Source: Hydrolagus affinis (taxonomy: Eukaryota). Taken from it: a stretch of 64,000 nt of DNA. Position 1 is the stretch's first letter. Every line of letters begins with the position of its first letter. The notes under the pieces are model-generated. The model was not told the DNA's origin, made no database searches, and was given only the letters and a program-made list of their open reading frames with translations. The stretch covers positions 62,001 to 126,000 of the forward strand of contig JAAILG010000114.1 of NCBI GenBank assembly GCA_012026655.1. The letters run 5' to 3'. Made by a program: the position numbers and the translations under genes. Positions 1 to 41,890 of this stretch are shown piece after piece.

Positions 1-465
1 ATTATTGATTGAAGATTATAACCCTGTTGAAAGGTTGGAATGCTCTTTTTGACAGTTTTCTCATCTTTCCTAAGGCCATGACTTCCCAAGGTTCAGTTTG
101 TTTGGGCCCGACACCCAGTGTACCTCACTAAAGTGAACATTCTTTATTTGTGAGTCCAGACAGTATTCATCAGCGGGTCAGTCAAATAAGAGACGTCCCA
201 GCCATATCTGATCCTGTCCATAAGGCACATTTCACCAAAGAATATTTTTTAGATTCTTGGTTTCTACCTATGGTATGTTCACAATTTCACTAAAGGCAAA
301 ATATATTTGTGCTTGAAATAGAGGAGCGATCTCTGGATGAGTTGCTCACATTATTTGAATCCCCCTATTTTCAGTCATTTCAAGAATGATAGGATCTTGA
401 GATTGGTGCCTTTTCTATTTTTGTGTGTGTGTGTGTTTTCATCACGTTTGAGTTGAAAGGGATAC

Positions 466-1373
466 TGAAATCAGTGAGCATCATGTTTGAGCTTGTTTTG
501 TCAACTTGGATAAATAAAAATAATCCTTGCATTTAGTATTTCGCCTCATGCTCTTATCCAGCACAGACTAGTTTGGTCCAATAGCTTGTTTCTGTGCTGA
601 CATTCTGTAATTATGTCATTGAAATATCTCAAACCTCTTGTACAATTTTTCTTTAAAGTGTAGTGACTAAAGTGTAGCTGATTGTAAGTCTTATCAAATG
701 CTTCAACAGTCTTTAATATCTGGATCCTAGAGTCTTTGTTGCTGCCCAAAATTGTTCAAATTTCTCTCTCTTCCCCCTCGCGTGATTCTTCGTCTTATCT
801 CATGAAGTCAAAAACTCTTACTGGTGGTAAGGGTCTTCAGGTAGTGGTGTGAGGATGGTCAGTGAATAGTGGTGACATTTAAACGCAGACCAAGTGTTAG
901 AGCGACCAAGACTGAAAGGAGAAGGTGTTGAAGAATGATTACAGGGCAAGATCGGTTCTCTACTCTACCTCTACTTCCTCTCCCACACATGGGAACATTA
1001 AAGCCAATTGAGACCAGTGAATCCAATTCTTATCTGCATGTTTCAGTGCACCACATGGTCAATTTACTAAGTATCTTCACTTTTTTCAGAACCATAAATT
1101 TTTAAACATTATGGAGATTTCAGAATATAAGGTACCGGTTTTGTTTAGCCAGTTATTGACATTATTTTCAAGACCTGTGACTGCTGGTTTCAGTGGTCTG
1201 CTTCAGTTTCAACAGCTGCCATGAAGGTTGGATCGTCAATTGTGGTAGAGTGTTGAAAATGTGATGGGTTCAGTTGTATCATCGGGTTCACAATGTTTCA
1301 ACCTCAGGCACTAATGCTTGCTTTTGCTTATTGAAATCAGTGAGCATTCATGTTTGAGCTTGTTTTGTCAACT
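466..1373 (+). repeat. ~41-bp dispersed direct repeat (466-506 and 1332-1373)
   Basis: TGAAATCAGTGAGCAT(T)CATGTTTGAGCTTGTTTTGTCAACT occurs twice with a 1-nt indel. Confidence 0.9.
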
Positions 1374-3104
1374 CAGATATTATTGGAACTACTTTATCCA
1401 AGTATTGTAGTTTGATTGTGTTCCTGCATATAGCAGAATTTGTATACCACTAAAATGAGTTTATCTAGAGCTAAAGTTTTGATCAGTCAAATTAACTAGA
1501 GAATCCAGTGTATTTGATCGTTCGTGTCTTTAACTATGTTGTGGTTTGCGGAACCTATTTGGAGCATAACATTCAGAATCTCCTACAAAGAATTATTTGT
1601 GGAATGATGGTAGTGTCAGTTCCATTTAGATGCAGAAAATGATTTGCCAAGTTAACTACTTACATTACTGTACTTCAGATTTTAAGAAAAATTTATTGAT
1701 GTTCCATACTCTGATTAAAAGTGGTGATAGAGTGGTAAAATTGTGTTCGAGGTAGTTTATTTTTTGAGGTTTTTTGTCAAGCATCACAATTTTTGATATA
1801 CATAAACCTTTATTGATAAACTATAGAAAATTAGACCAAAGATTTGATTTTTTTTTCAGTTGGGGCATGAACTCTGATTATTGAGCCATACAGGTACCAG
1901 AGCAAAGCCATCCCATATTCCCTTGGGTGAATTGACCTTAGTCTGTTCCTATTCCTGATTGAGGTTCTTTACAAAGAAGGGTGTCTGTAGATGTTGGGTG
2001 AGGTCAGGTATAGGTTTGACTATGATTCCTTCCCTCCCTCCTTCACATCGTTGGTCAAATTGTGTGCAATACAAGTGTCTAAACTCATACTTGAAGAACA
2101 GCCATTGGGGAAAATGGCAAGGTTCCATCTTGGAACACTTTGTGTGGTCAGTTTACGCAAATGGTAGCACTCTCAGCTCCAAGATAGTATTGTGTGTTCA
2201 CGCCCATATCGAGACTTTGCACTCATAGTTTAGGTTCACACTTCAGTGCAATGCTGGAGGGAGTACTGCATTTTCATAAATCCATGTCTAATTTCTCCTT
2301 GTATTATCTTTAGTTGGCCAAGTGTCTTGATACCTGGAAACCCATCACCATGAGATTATCCAAACCATTGCTGGGTGTGAAGAGATTGAGAGATTTATTT
2401 CTGTAACTCAGATTTTTTTTTAAAAAAAGAACTTCATGTGTTCTTTTCAAATTGCACCCAAGTATACATCACATAAACCACTTTAGCTGATGTACACAAT
2501 GCAGGCTGAGAAAATAAAATTGATTGTCAATCTAATCTCACTTGAAACATTTAATTGTATACTTCTGTCCTTTTGAGAGGTAGTCCAAGTTCATTAAGCA
2601 GTTGGATTTATGCCTTTCTTCTTCAAATTTAAACAATCCCAATTGCCATTCCTCTATTGCAAATAGCTACAGTTTGGGGGACTTTTTAAGTTTAGAGGAG
2701 AAACTCTCAGAATTCTAACTGCTATCCTATGAACTCTCTCCAGCATATCATTATCTTTGGTAGTTGGGTGAACAAAATTGCATCAGCAATCTGGGTTTCA
2801 ACAAATTTGTATAACTTGTGTGTCTGAACTTTATATTTGGAGTGGTTTGGAGAAGTAAGAGATAAGTTGATCCATAGCCCTGCCATTATGTTTAGTTAAC
2901 AGTTTGAAAGGTTACATATGATTCTTTTGCAGCTGTGTACTGACCTACTTTAACTGTATTAGCATATCTAAAGGTTAGAATTAATTTTAGAGAATTTCAT
3001 TTATTTTTCCACAAAGTTGAGGATGGTTTGATGATTGCAATGTTAACTTTTTGGTAAGGAACACTTTTCTTCCTATCCTTCCTTGTTTCTTGAAAGTGCT
3101 GACT

Positions 3105-3430
3105 CAGGCTGGCATAGTTTGTTTCATAAGCATCCTTCTCGTTTCCTCGCACAAGTGGCCATTCATCATGAGTGACCCTGGGCAGTCATTGTCAGCTGGC
3201 TAATGACACCATTGGGACATTAGTCAAGCTCCATCTTGTCTTTGCCCAGGCTCTACCATGTATACTTTCTACCAGTGCTCACTGTAATCAGAAGTGTGAC
3301 AACTAGTTGATGTTTTTCTCTCCCCACCTAAGGGTGGGGAAAGAAAAACTGCTGAGGACAATTGTAATGCAGAGGACAATTGTAATGCAGCTACCAATGC
3401 CCTAACTTAGATCAGCAAATATAATTTATA
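3105..3430 (-). mobile_element. Ancient AmnSINE2-like SINE relic
   Basis: Reverse complement resembles the recalled AmnSINE2 consensus (ACAATTGGCCTCAG...GAATGGCCACTTG); related to copies at 17165 and 40255; internal 18-bp tandem duplication at 3354-3389. Confidence 0.55.
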
Positions 3431-5134
3431 GTTAACCCTAATCTTTAAGGCATAGTACTACTAGGAGCATGCACTGAGCAGAGAGCCCTGTGGGAAAGTT
3501 ATTTTAAACATCCTGTTTTGTGCTTAAAATTGTAGCCTTTCTATTCCTACTTTGGGATGTAACTTCATATTGTGTTCCGTAACAGAAATTAATTAAGCAA
3601 ATACTTGTTTCTAATGGTAGTTGTGTAAGTACTTTGTTGTTTGCATTAATATACTGCACAATTTTTTTTAAGTTGAATTAATTTTAAAAGAACTACTGTA
3701 TTTTGTAGGTTGTCTCTTACAAGACTGAATACTTCAAAACATAAGCAATGTAAAATTGAACCTTCTTTGAATTCACAATCATGTCCATGCTGCTTGGGAA
3801 TATTAGACACTACTGTGGGAAAGAAAATCATTGGAAGACCCCAATGCGAGCATGTGGATTGAGTGAGAATATGGTAATCCTGTCCTATAACCTCGGGAAC
3901 CCGGCCAGAATGATTCCAACAAGCAGTAAATGACCCTGCATGTTTTTACTTTTAGCTTCAGTTCTCAATTCATCTTGAATGAATTTTCCAGTCTTCTTTA
4001 GGGGCCTTGGGATAGTGTATCTTAATTCTGAAAGGCAAATATTGCACTATAGGTTGAAGTATTCTACTGTATGTTGAAGTTGATTATTGGGTAGAGGCAT
4101 ACTTGAGTTAAGTTACCCAATGTGCGGGCCTGAAGAAATCGTTTTGGACTGACTGACTATACACTTTCTAAGGACATCTGGGATTCTCAAGTGTGTGTTT
4201 GGGTATCAAGAGTTTTGTTTCAGAAAGAATTGTTGGACCATAGCCAACTGAACAAGGCTTCATGCCTACTCTTAATGGAAGAAGTGATCTTTATGAATAA
4301 TGTTTTTTTAATGCAAATACAAACCATAAACAGGCACTTTTTTTGCCATCTTATCCTTTAATTAGCAAGTTATTCCAGTAACAATGTGCTTGATTACATT
4401 TTTAATTAACATTTTCTTGGTGGTGCGATTGAGTATACAAAAGGAGTTGGTTTCTTATTCAGATTTCAGATGCTTGCTGCTACTGCCATTAAAGTATAAT
4501 GATCAAATAAAGTATTTTTAACACTGAGATCATTTTTAAAATTCTGAAATGTGTGCTTTACAACCTTGTACATTATCCCACCCCTGGTGTTGGCCTTGAG
4601 TACTGCACATTTTCTGGAAAGCTCCACAATTGAAATAGGAATTTTTTATTTCTCCTTCATATTGCCACTGAATGTTTCAGAAGGTTTCTCCACCAGTCAC
4701 CACTTTGTGTTATGAAACAGTTTCAGTGCTAAATACTTGTCAGGTTGAGAAACATTTTATTTTCATTCTGTCGTCACTTGGTAATGAGTAGCAAGTAAAA
4801 CAGTCAATTTTAACATTCTAGCTTCATGATGAATTGAGCATTATTTGCCTCAGAGAGTGTGTTGCTATATTTAAGACACGTATACCTGTTTATATGAGCA
4901 GAAGGAAGAACGGAGTAGCTTGGATATTCAGTAAATCCCCAATGGTATACTTGCTGAGATCTATATCCTGGTACTCTATAATGTGCTGCGTCCTTGTCAG
5001 ATGAATTTTCATCAGAATTTAAAATCCTGGAAAAAAACATTATCCTTTTGATTTATGTGATCACGACATTATATGCAGCATGGAATATTCTAGTCTCCAA
5101 CCCTGCTGTCTCAAACATTGGGTCAGCCTTTTCG

Positions 5135-5378
5135 CATTGAGTTGAGGAAAAACTTCTTCACTCAGAGGATAGTGAATTTATGAAATTCTCTACCCCAAAA
5201 GGCTGCAGATGCTCAATCCTTGAACATATTCAAGACTGAGATTGATAGATTTCTTATGGATTAGGGGATAAGGTGGGTAGGTGGAGTTAAATTAGAAGAT
5301 CAGCCATGATTTTATTGAATGGCGGGGCAGGCTCGAGGTGCCGAATGGCCTACTCCTGCTCCTAATTCTTATGTTCTT
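5135..5378 (+). mobile_element. CR1-type LINE 3' end fragment
   Basis: ttcttcactcagaggatagtgaat...ttcaagactgagattgatagatt...gaatggcctactcctgctcctaattcttatgttctt, a typical chondrichthyan CR1 tail. Confidence 0.8.
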
Positions 5379-6500
5379 GAGCACAAAATTCATGCATTGA
5401 ATGGAAAAGACAAAAAAGGTATTTGTACGTGGGGAGGTGTCAGAAAGAAATGTTTCACTTACAGATTTACATTGAAAACAACTGGAAATTGGAGAGAAGG
5501 CAAATTCTTTATCTTGGGTGAGATGGTTTGATATATGTTTCCATTGTTTTGAGTGGGAGAGCAAAGTTCCAACTCTAGCCCTCTTAAGTCAGCAAGTTGG
5601 CCAGTAAATGAAGTTTTACTACTGCTGTCTCACATGGAATGTTTCACTCTATGAAATGGATTGGAGATAAAATATCAGCTATTGAGTTTGAGGCCACTGA
5701 TGTCCATGATTCCATTTATTACTAAAATGCATTGCTGGTTAATCTATTTCATATCACTCATTGTGATGAAACTACCCATTCATTTATCATAGTAAGCTGA
5801 AGAGGGTCAGAGGCTCTTGACATGATTTCAAATGGTAGCAAAAGTTGCGTGTTTACACTGGTTGGCCACAGCGTAGCATAGGAAGAATTCCAAGCAGGAG
5901 TATCCAATCAAGTCTCAGATTTCCCAACAATTCACTTCAAAGTATTTATCTATGAAACAAATAATCTTTTTAGTTAATGGGAACTTCTCTGGTACCATTT
6001 TGAAACCCTTTGAGGTGATTGGTTCAAAAATTGGTACTAACATTTTTGATCCTATCACTTTTTTTAAAAAAAACCTCAAGAACAGGAGTTAGGTTTAAGA
6101 AATTACAATAAAAAAGAGAGAGGACTTGCGAGAATTTCATTTTACACAGTATATTGTTAAGATGTAAAATACTCCCATCTTGAATGAGCAAGAGAGAAGC
6201 CATTTTATAAGGTTAAAGGAAGGCAAGTGATAGCAGACATTAGAAAAAAAATACATTAGAAAAAGGCAGATAATGATAGCAAAAGCTATAAATTTTTTTT
6301 AAAAAGGAATACATGAGCAAATGGCTATTGACAGATTGTGGAGTGTGATGTGGGAAGAAAAAATTAGTGAAGCAGCTGTATGGAGGCTTGAATTGCATGT
6401 GCTTCAATATGATTTGGGGTACATTGTTGAATAAAATCATTGTGTGTTTAGTTGATGCACTGTGCATGTTTTATTACTGTACATAAAATCCTACTACATA

Positions 6501-6720
6501 CAGTAAAAGCCCGCTTATCCGGTACCCTCGGGACCTGGCCAATGCCGTTAAAGCATGTGCCGGATATTCGGCTGAAAACACACAAAAAGAAAAAAAAGAA
6601 AAGAAATAATACATTGTGCCGGATAAGTTCCAGTTAATCAAATGGGGACCTTTTTTTTTCGTGGTGCCGGTAATACAGAAGTTACAGTTGATCGGGTCAC
6701 GGATAAACAGGCTTTTACTG
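6501..6720 (+). mobile_element. Tc1/mariner (Tigger/pogo-type) MITE, family A, copy 1
   Basis: TIRs CAGTAAAAGCCCG.../...GGCTTTTACTG, left TA flank; 5 related copies in the window. Confidence 0.85.
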
Positions 6721-7924
6721 TTTATGATGGTAGAATGATTTCTGCAAAAAATGTTTTCTGTAAGGCTTTATTTCAGCACATTACAAAGTGATATCCAGTG
6801 ACCTAGTTGGAGTTGACATTTTTTCTCTCTCTGGAGATTTCCTCCTTCTCCAATGGGGGCTCTTTTACTTGAGTAAAAACTGATGAGTATTATCATTAGG
6901 ATCCTGGGGAGGGAGGGGATAATAAGTGTCTGATTTATGGAAATTGTGGTGTGGTGGAAAATTTGTACAGATTTGTTTTTTTTCTGACTAAACTGAGGTC
7001 CCATCTATCTGCCTGTTCAGAAAGACATTTAAAGATATCATGGAACTACTCGGAAATGGGAATTCTTCATGGTATCCTAGCCATCAATCGCCCGGATAAA
7101 ATTTGTCATTAACTTCGTGGCTGCTTGCGGGAAATTATTGTATACAGGTCGGTTGCTATAATTGTTGCAAAATACATAGTTGGTACATTTTTCAGTAAAT
7201 CTGTGCTGTAATCAAATGCAAGGATTATTATATTCAGGTACTTTGTACATAGCATGAAAATGAAAGAGTGCATAAATTCGAGGCTGTTTTTCTTGGTGAG
7301 AATTTTTTTGTTGCATTGCTTTATTTAAAATGTTGATGACTTGGATTACTGCAGCCCTATTCCGAAGCGTTTGTGCAACACTGTTGTGTTGACCATTTCC
7401 TTTAAGCTACCGAGAACAAGAGCTAAGGGGAGGGGCGAGAAGTAAGTGTTAATGAGGGAGTATGATCTTGACAAACCTAGACTTGAGAACAAGAGCATTG
7501 CTAATGCAAAGAAGGAGAAAACAAATGGGTAATTGTGCCAAATGGTGGCTGTATATATGGAGGAAAAATCTTAGGGTTTCTGAGAAACCAAAAGCAAAAC
7601 CAAGTAAGATTTGTGAAATGGATGCAGAATTGCAATGATGCTTTGCTCTTAGCTTGCTTGTACTGGAACGTGCCACTTCCCTGTTTAGTTGGCAAGTAGA
7701 ATTTTGTAATTTTGGTCCATCAGAATGGAAAACAAAACCATATTTTGAGGTAGTTGTGTGTATCTGAGTTACTGTGTAGCTTCACATTTGTTGAAATAGG
7801 ACTATGCCTTTTTAACTTGTTTCTGTTCTCTGTCCTGCTATTTCAGATTTTAATACAAGCTAAAGAACAACCCAGTCCCCAGACAAACTTCTTCATGTAA
7901 TTTTTTTGGACATTCAACCTGGAT

Positions 7925-36513
<28,589 letters not shown>

Positions 36514-37552
36514 CATCTTATTCTCTAACTCTCAGTACTGCAGTCAACCAAAGATGGCACGAATGACCTGCGCAGATTCAAAAGCATTGAACCTAGAGTG
36601 CGGCTACGCCACATAGTACAATTTATGCTAGGCCTACAATGATATTTCAGTATAGAGTTTAAAATTTAATGTATTTATGAAGCTTTTTTTTAATGTGGCT
36701 TTTTATGTTTTTTCCAAGTCATTTTATTTTGCATGGTTCCTTGGATTGCATTTCTTTGCACATAACGGGCTTTATGTCCACAGACTTGCAGGCAAGATTA
36801 GCTGCTCTAGTGAGATAGAATCAATGTCATTTTCATGATGCCTTGCTTTACTGGAATAGAATATGTCATCAGTCACTAACCCTGGACTTTAATTTAAACA
36901 TTTATATTAAGTTGTGTATATAGATTGTGATCTATTCATTAAGGAAGGAATATCGAGACATTCCGTGATTAAGAAAACGGCTGCTGTATTGTAGAAACTC
37001 ATCATCAGACAGCAAACAATCAATGGGATCTGATCCCAGCCAATTGCCATTGCAAGAAATATATATCCGAACAATATTAACTGCTGTTCTATGTTTAGGT
37101 TTTTTAAAAAATCCATCCTTCTTTGGCACAATGGTAGGTGTAATTTTTAAAGAATGTCAATATTCAAAACTAATGGGTTCACAGATTTTTATTTCATCAC
37201 TTTCTGTCACTGGTTATAAATTTTGTTTCCCCTTTTATTTACAATTTTTAGCTGTTTGGCTGCCATTAAACAGCTCTAACAAACACTAATGTTATCTAAA
37301 TTAGCTGTATTGCGTATACTTGCACATCTGATGATTTGTAATGGTGAGCTAGTCAGATTGTAGAACAAGGTTCTGTATGAAGTCACCAATAAGCACGTCT
37401 AGGTAATGTATTTGAAGGCAGATTGCAGAATTATGGCTGTTAAAGAATCAGGTGAAGTGTTGGAATGCAGTACTAATGGCAGGTATCCATGCATTCACAG
37501 ATTTGTAAAGATCCCTGGATGCGTTTTCCAGGGGGAACTTAGTTTTAAAGTT

Positions 37553-37558
37553 AATAAA
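37553..37558 (+). terminator. Candidate RNF111 polyadenylation signal
   Basis: AATAAA ~1.04 kb after the stop codon, followed by GT/T-rich sequence. Confidence 0.55.
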
Positions 37559-38229
37559 GATTAGTTAACTCCAACGTGGCTCTTTGTCTTAAAAATGTGG
37601 CTTTCCTTTGAAATTGCACATGTTTTTTTTCATGTATCAAATATAAAAACTTTTTTTTGTAATTTTATTTTGTTGTTGATTTTTGTAATCGGTTTGATTT
37701 TTATGTTGATGTATATTGGGTTTTAACTGCCGAGCACGAAAGGTGATGTTGGGTGAAAATAATATTTGCAATGTATGTGATGTATTGTTGTGCAGGAAAT
37801 GTAACAGTGGTTTATGAGTGGAGACCCGCTAAAAATCTCAGAAGACTTTGTAGTTTATTATTGCTAAATTACTGATGTTTTAATGTAGGTCAGGAGAAAC
37901 GTGTGACCACCAAAACAATGCAATAGAGTTTCAAGCACAGCAAAGAACAAATGAACAAATAATGAATGCCCAAAAGGCAGGCAGTGCCAATTGGCCTTTG
38001 TCCTGTGTGTGGAAGCAAAATATCTTATCAGAAACTGCATGTCTGTGGTCTTTGGGTTTAAATAGATTGGGATTGGCCTCAACAGTTTAATAACCTCTCA
38101 AGTTTCACTATCTAACCTCAAACATTAAGAAGATTACTTGAGCAAAGCAGTTCCAACACCTGCAGGATTTCACTCAGGGAGAGAGAGCGAGGGGAGGAGA
38201 TTTGCAAAGGAAACATGCAGGACATTTTA

Positions 38230-38548
38230 ATAATAATATAATTATAATCCTTGCATTGATATAGTGCTTTTCACATCTTCTAGATGTCTCAAAGCGCTTC
38301 ACTGTAAAGTGAATTGACAGTATATTTGTGGGCGAAACATGGCAACCAATTGCGCATAGCGGTGTCCCACAAACTATCGTAGATTAACCACATTGTTATT
38401 GGGTTTTTGGAGTGATTATTATCAGGCGTGTGGAGTAAGGAAACTTGCCTAAGGTTTCACCCTGCCTGGGATTGAACCCAGGTCTATCGCTTATAAGGCG
38501 AGTACTTTTGTAAGGCAATTGCTCTAGCCACTGAGCTACAGGACTCAC
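38230..38548 (-). mobile_element. Same SINE family, full length
   Basis: A/B boxes, TGTGGGACACCGCTATGCGCAATTGG core, TAT tail. Confidence 0.88.
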
Positions 38549-40264
38549 TCCACTTACATTGAGTACAGACAGGCTTTTTTAAAAAAAAATGTTGATTGGA
38601 GCTGCTAAGCAAGTCAGGGAAAGGTTACTGATTGGAGATGGCAGAGCATCACCTGAACAATGGAGTTGATATTTCAGGTCAAGGTAATCACACATTCACT
38701 CAGCCCGTTTAAATAAAGTGTCACAGCCTTGAACATCATCTTGCTTTGATAGTGGAACACTTTACCCTTTTGAAGCTTCCCTAATGGTATTGTTCTAACC
38801 ATGTTCACCTCCAACACTATACTCATCAAATTTTTCTATATAATGTTGTGATGGGAAACAATGGGAGTTTGAAACTAACGTTTCAGGAGTATTTAGAGGA
38901 ACACATTGAAGAATCCTCTGATGCACACGTACATTCCTGTTTCTATTCGGCGGTAATGTTAGTGGATAATTATAGCCACTTCTTGATCTAATGCCTTCTT
39001 CTCCACTATCTACTGAAGAGGAATCGTGCAAAAACATAAAAATCAGCAGTGGTCTGATGGCAGAAGAGAAATGAACGAACACAAGAAAATGTTATGGAAA
39101 AGCAGTTGTTCAAGAATGAAGCATGTCAATTTGTATTATGGTACGTGCCAAAAAACAAATACACAAAGGTATTCAAACAGCAAATTAAGAGGATGGAATC
39201 ATATCTTTATTTTACATGTGGTTATAGTTGTGTACAAGTGCATTCATTATTTGGCCAGGTTAATTAGCTGATTATACTGATAAAATCAGATGGGACAGAA
39301 ACAGCAGCTTGATTGCAGAATGATGCAACTCAGATGTAAAGATTAGTGAGATAAATTTTAATTCTTGCACAATTAACAGATTAAACTAGAACCCACAGAA
39401 ACTGAAGAGAGATCTACAAAAAAAAAAGCAGTATTTCTCTCCAAATGGCTCATGTCAAATGGATACCAGCCTCCATGTATAATCTCTTAAAAGTAATGGT
39501 AGTGGACTGTTTAATTTCACAAATTAATGCGGTATTATTACTGCCATCACCATTTTTCATCTGTGGGACATGGTTTTGAAACCGCCCAGATTGATTGGAC
39601 AAAATCACTTTGGTCAAGTGGCTAAATTAGGAACCTCACTTAATGCAGCTATAACACAGGGTATTTTTCTCTACGTCGTGCCCCCTTACACAGTCTAAGC
39701 AAGTGCACAAGTTTGACAAAATTCAGGATGTGATATTTCTCACTGACAAGTGAATTCTTTAGTGTTCAATGAACAAAATCTTATAACTGTTATCACTATT
39801 GTTAGGATAACAACACAACCAAAGATGGCACTTTTAACAGTTCCAGTCCTGTTGTAGCATAAGCTATATTTTTCTGTGTCTGGAAACAACAGCCAGAGAG
39901 AGATTATATTTTATTTTCCACAGATGGAAGATGGACTTGCTGCAAATTTCAGTTCAGCAGCTGTTTATAAATACTCTGCAAGCCCCCCCACCCACACCGC
40001 CACTCCAAAAAAAATCTCACCTTTTGGCTTGTCACCCTTGCAAGCGCTGATTAATACTGAAATATCTTGACTTAAAAACCTTCATTAAACATGGTCACTC
40101 TTAAGTGCCATTATGACAATTTATAGTCCCAATTTTTCTGAATTAAACAAACAGGTTTAATGGCAATTTCTTCAAAACCAAATCAGTGTTTGGAAATCAT
40201 TTTGTTTTTGGCGTTACTGTTCTTTTAAAAAGTTGCGTGGTATGTGCGCGCCATGTGTGGTACT

Positions 40265-40525
40265 GTTCTCAGCCAGACAGCTGTGGGGACACAAATGTTT
40301 ATCTTGGTTCCTCTGGGCTCAGGGAGGCAGGGGAAGTAAACCAATGTTTCCGCTCCAAATCATTGCTATCCAGTGACCGCTGAAATATGTATGTGGGAGA
40401 TATTAGTTGAGGACAGAATGGAGTTGGTTTGTGATGCGCTCCATCGCTAGCTGTTCTATACTGTTTCACTGACCCACTTCATTGAAATATTTTGGAGGGC
40501 TACCCAGCATCCATGGAACAATACT
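40265..40525 (+). mobile_element. Ancient AmnSINE2-like SINE relic
   Basis: gctatccagtgacc...tgaggacagaatggagttggtttgtgatgc...ggagggctacccagcatccatggaac; partial copies at ~34850, 57310, 59310 and 61830. Confidence 0.6.
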
Positions 40526-41499
40526 CAGGTAAAAAGAGATTGGGGGTGGGGAAGAGATACAACTGGAGGGAAAAGGAAAAAAAAATCTTGTAGATTATTA
40601 TAGAGAACAATAGATATTTGAGAAGGAATGTGAGATTGTTCAGAGAGAGCAATACAGTATTCGGGACTGGGAAAGACGAGACATCTGGCTGACCCTATTT
40701 TCAAATACTATCATTCCTTGTTTCTTATAGAATACACTCTTTATTCCCCCTCTCCCCCACCCCACCCCAGCATTCCCCCCCCAATCTCATGTTTGAATTT
40801 AATAATTCAAAGATAACCAATTTCCCTCTTGAAGACACCCACCCTACCAGCCTCCACCACTCTGGGGAAATAGAACACATGTTAGCAGCCGGCTGTATAA
40901 AGAATAAACAGAGATCACATGAAGTTAGCACAGGAATGCGAAACTGAAGAAAGTGATAATTAATATCTGATAAGTGGGGAGCTTTCAGATTTTACTGACT
41001 ATTTGGTTTTGTGCACATCAGGGAAAGCAGTAATGAGCAAAGCATTCCATGGGGTCTTTGCTGACAGATTCTGTGAGTTGGGCTCAACTTTGAAGACCCT
41101 AGTCTCTAGGAAGCCAACTGCAAAACAGCTGGTTTCCAAACACGATGCTCTTGCTCTGAGACTCAATGGACTGAATGGCCTTCCTTTAACGCTGTAAATT
41201 TATGATTCTGATTTGAAGGTGTTTGAAATTAGCGTTATTTTCCAAACGTGGACCTAAAAACAGTTGCACTAAAATCCGAGTTTTGAAACGCGATTCATTC
41301 AATCAAAAGTCTGAAATTTCTTGTGATCTTCATTCAAATGCTTCAAAAATTGGTCGAGGGACTATTTTTTTTGATGGAACAGGGGGCAACGAGAAGGAAA
41401 GGCACTTAAGGAAAATAATAACCAAACAATCTTTTAGTTGAATGCTCTCGGGTGGCACGTTGTGAGAGAATGGCGATTGGGGGAATCACTTTTCTGAAT

Positions 41500-41645
41500 T
41501 TTTTTCTCCCCTCAAAAAAAATAATATCAATCAATTGGGACGCCGCTGTGTGCCATTGGCTGCCGCGTTTCGCACGCCCACGGAATACGCAGCCAATCCA
41601 CTTGACGGCATATTTATCAAAGATGAGAATGATGATTATTATCAC
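41500..41645 (+). mobile_element. Degenerate SINE 3' half abutting the CCNB2 promoter
   Basis: tgggacgccgctgtgtgccattggctgccgcgtttcgc...gattattatc. Confidence 0.7.
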
Positions 41646-41699
41646 TACTGTATAGTGGGAGTGATTTCCCCCCAAACCAGTGAGTATATTCATTGATGA

Positions 41700-41890
41700 T
41701 CTCCAACGTTGCCAATTCCGGGCGTCGTCATGGCAACGCATCCCAGCTGATCGGCGCTTAGCCAATGGGGTTGAGAGGACCTTCCGGAGCGCCGGCCAAT
41801 CAGAGCGAAGGGAGGGATATTTGAATCTTAATTTTTCAATCGAGGCTGCTGTTCACACTATACACACTCACATCAGCTGCTTGGTTTAAA
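41700..41890 (+). promoter_or_regulatory. CCNB2 G2/M promoter: NF-Y CCAAT boxes and CHR element(s)
   Basis: CCAAT at 41712, 41762 and 41796 (last two 34 bp apart); CHR TTTGAA at 41820-41825; TTTAAA at 41885-41890; ETS-like CTTCCGG at 41781; local CpG enrichment. This is the established architecture of B-type cyclin promoters. Confidence 0.8.
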
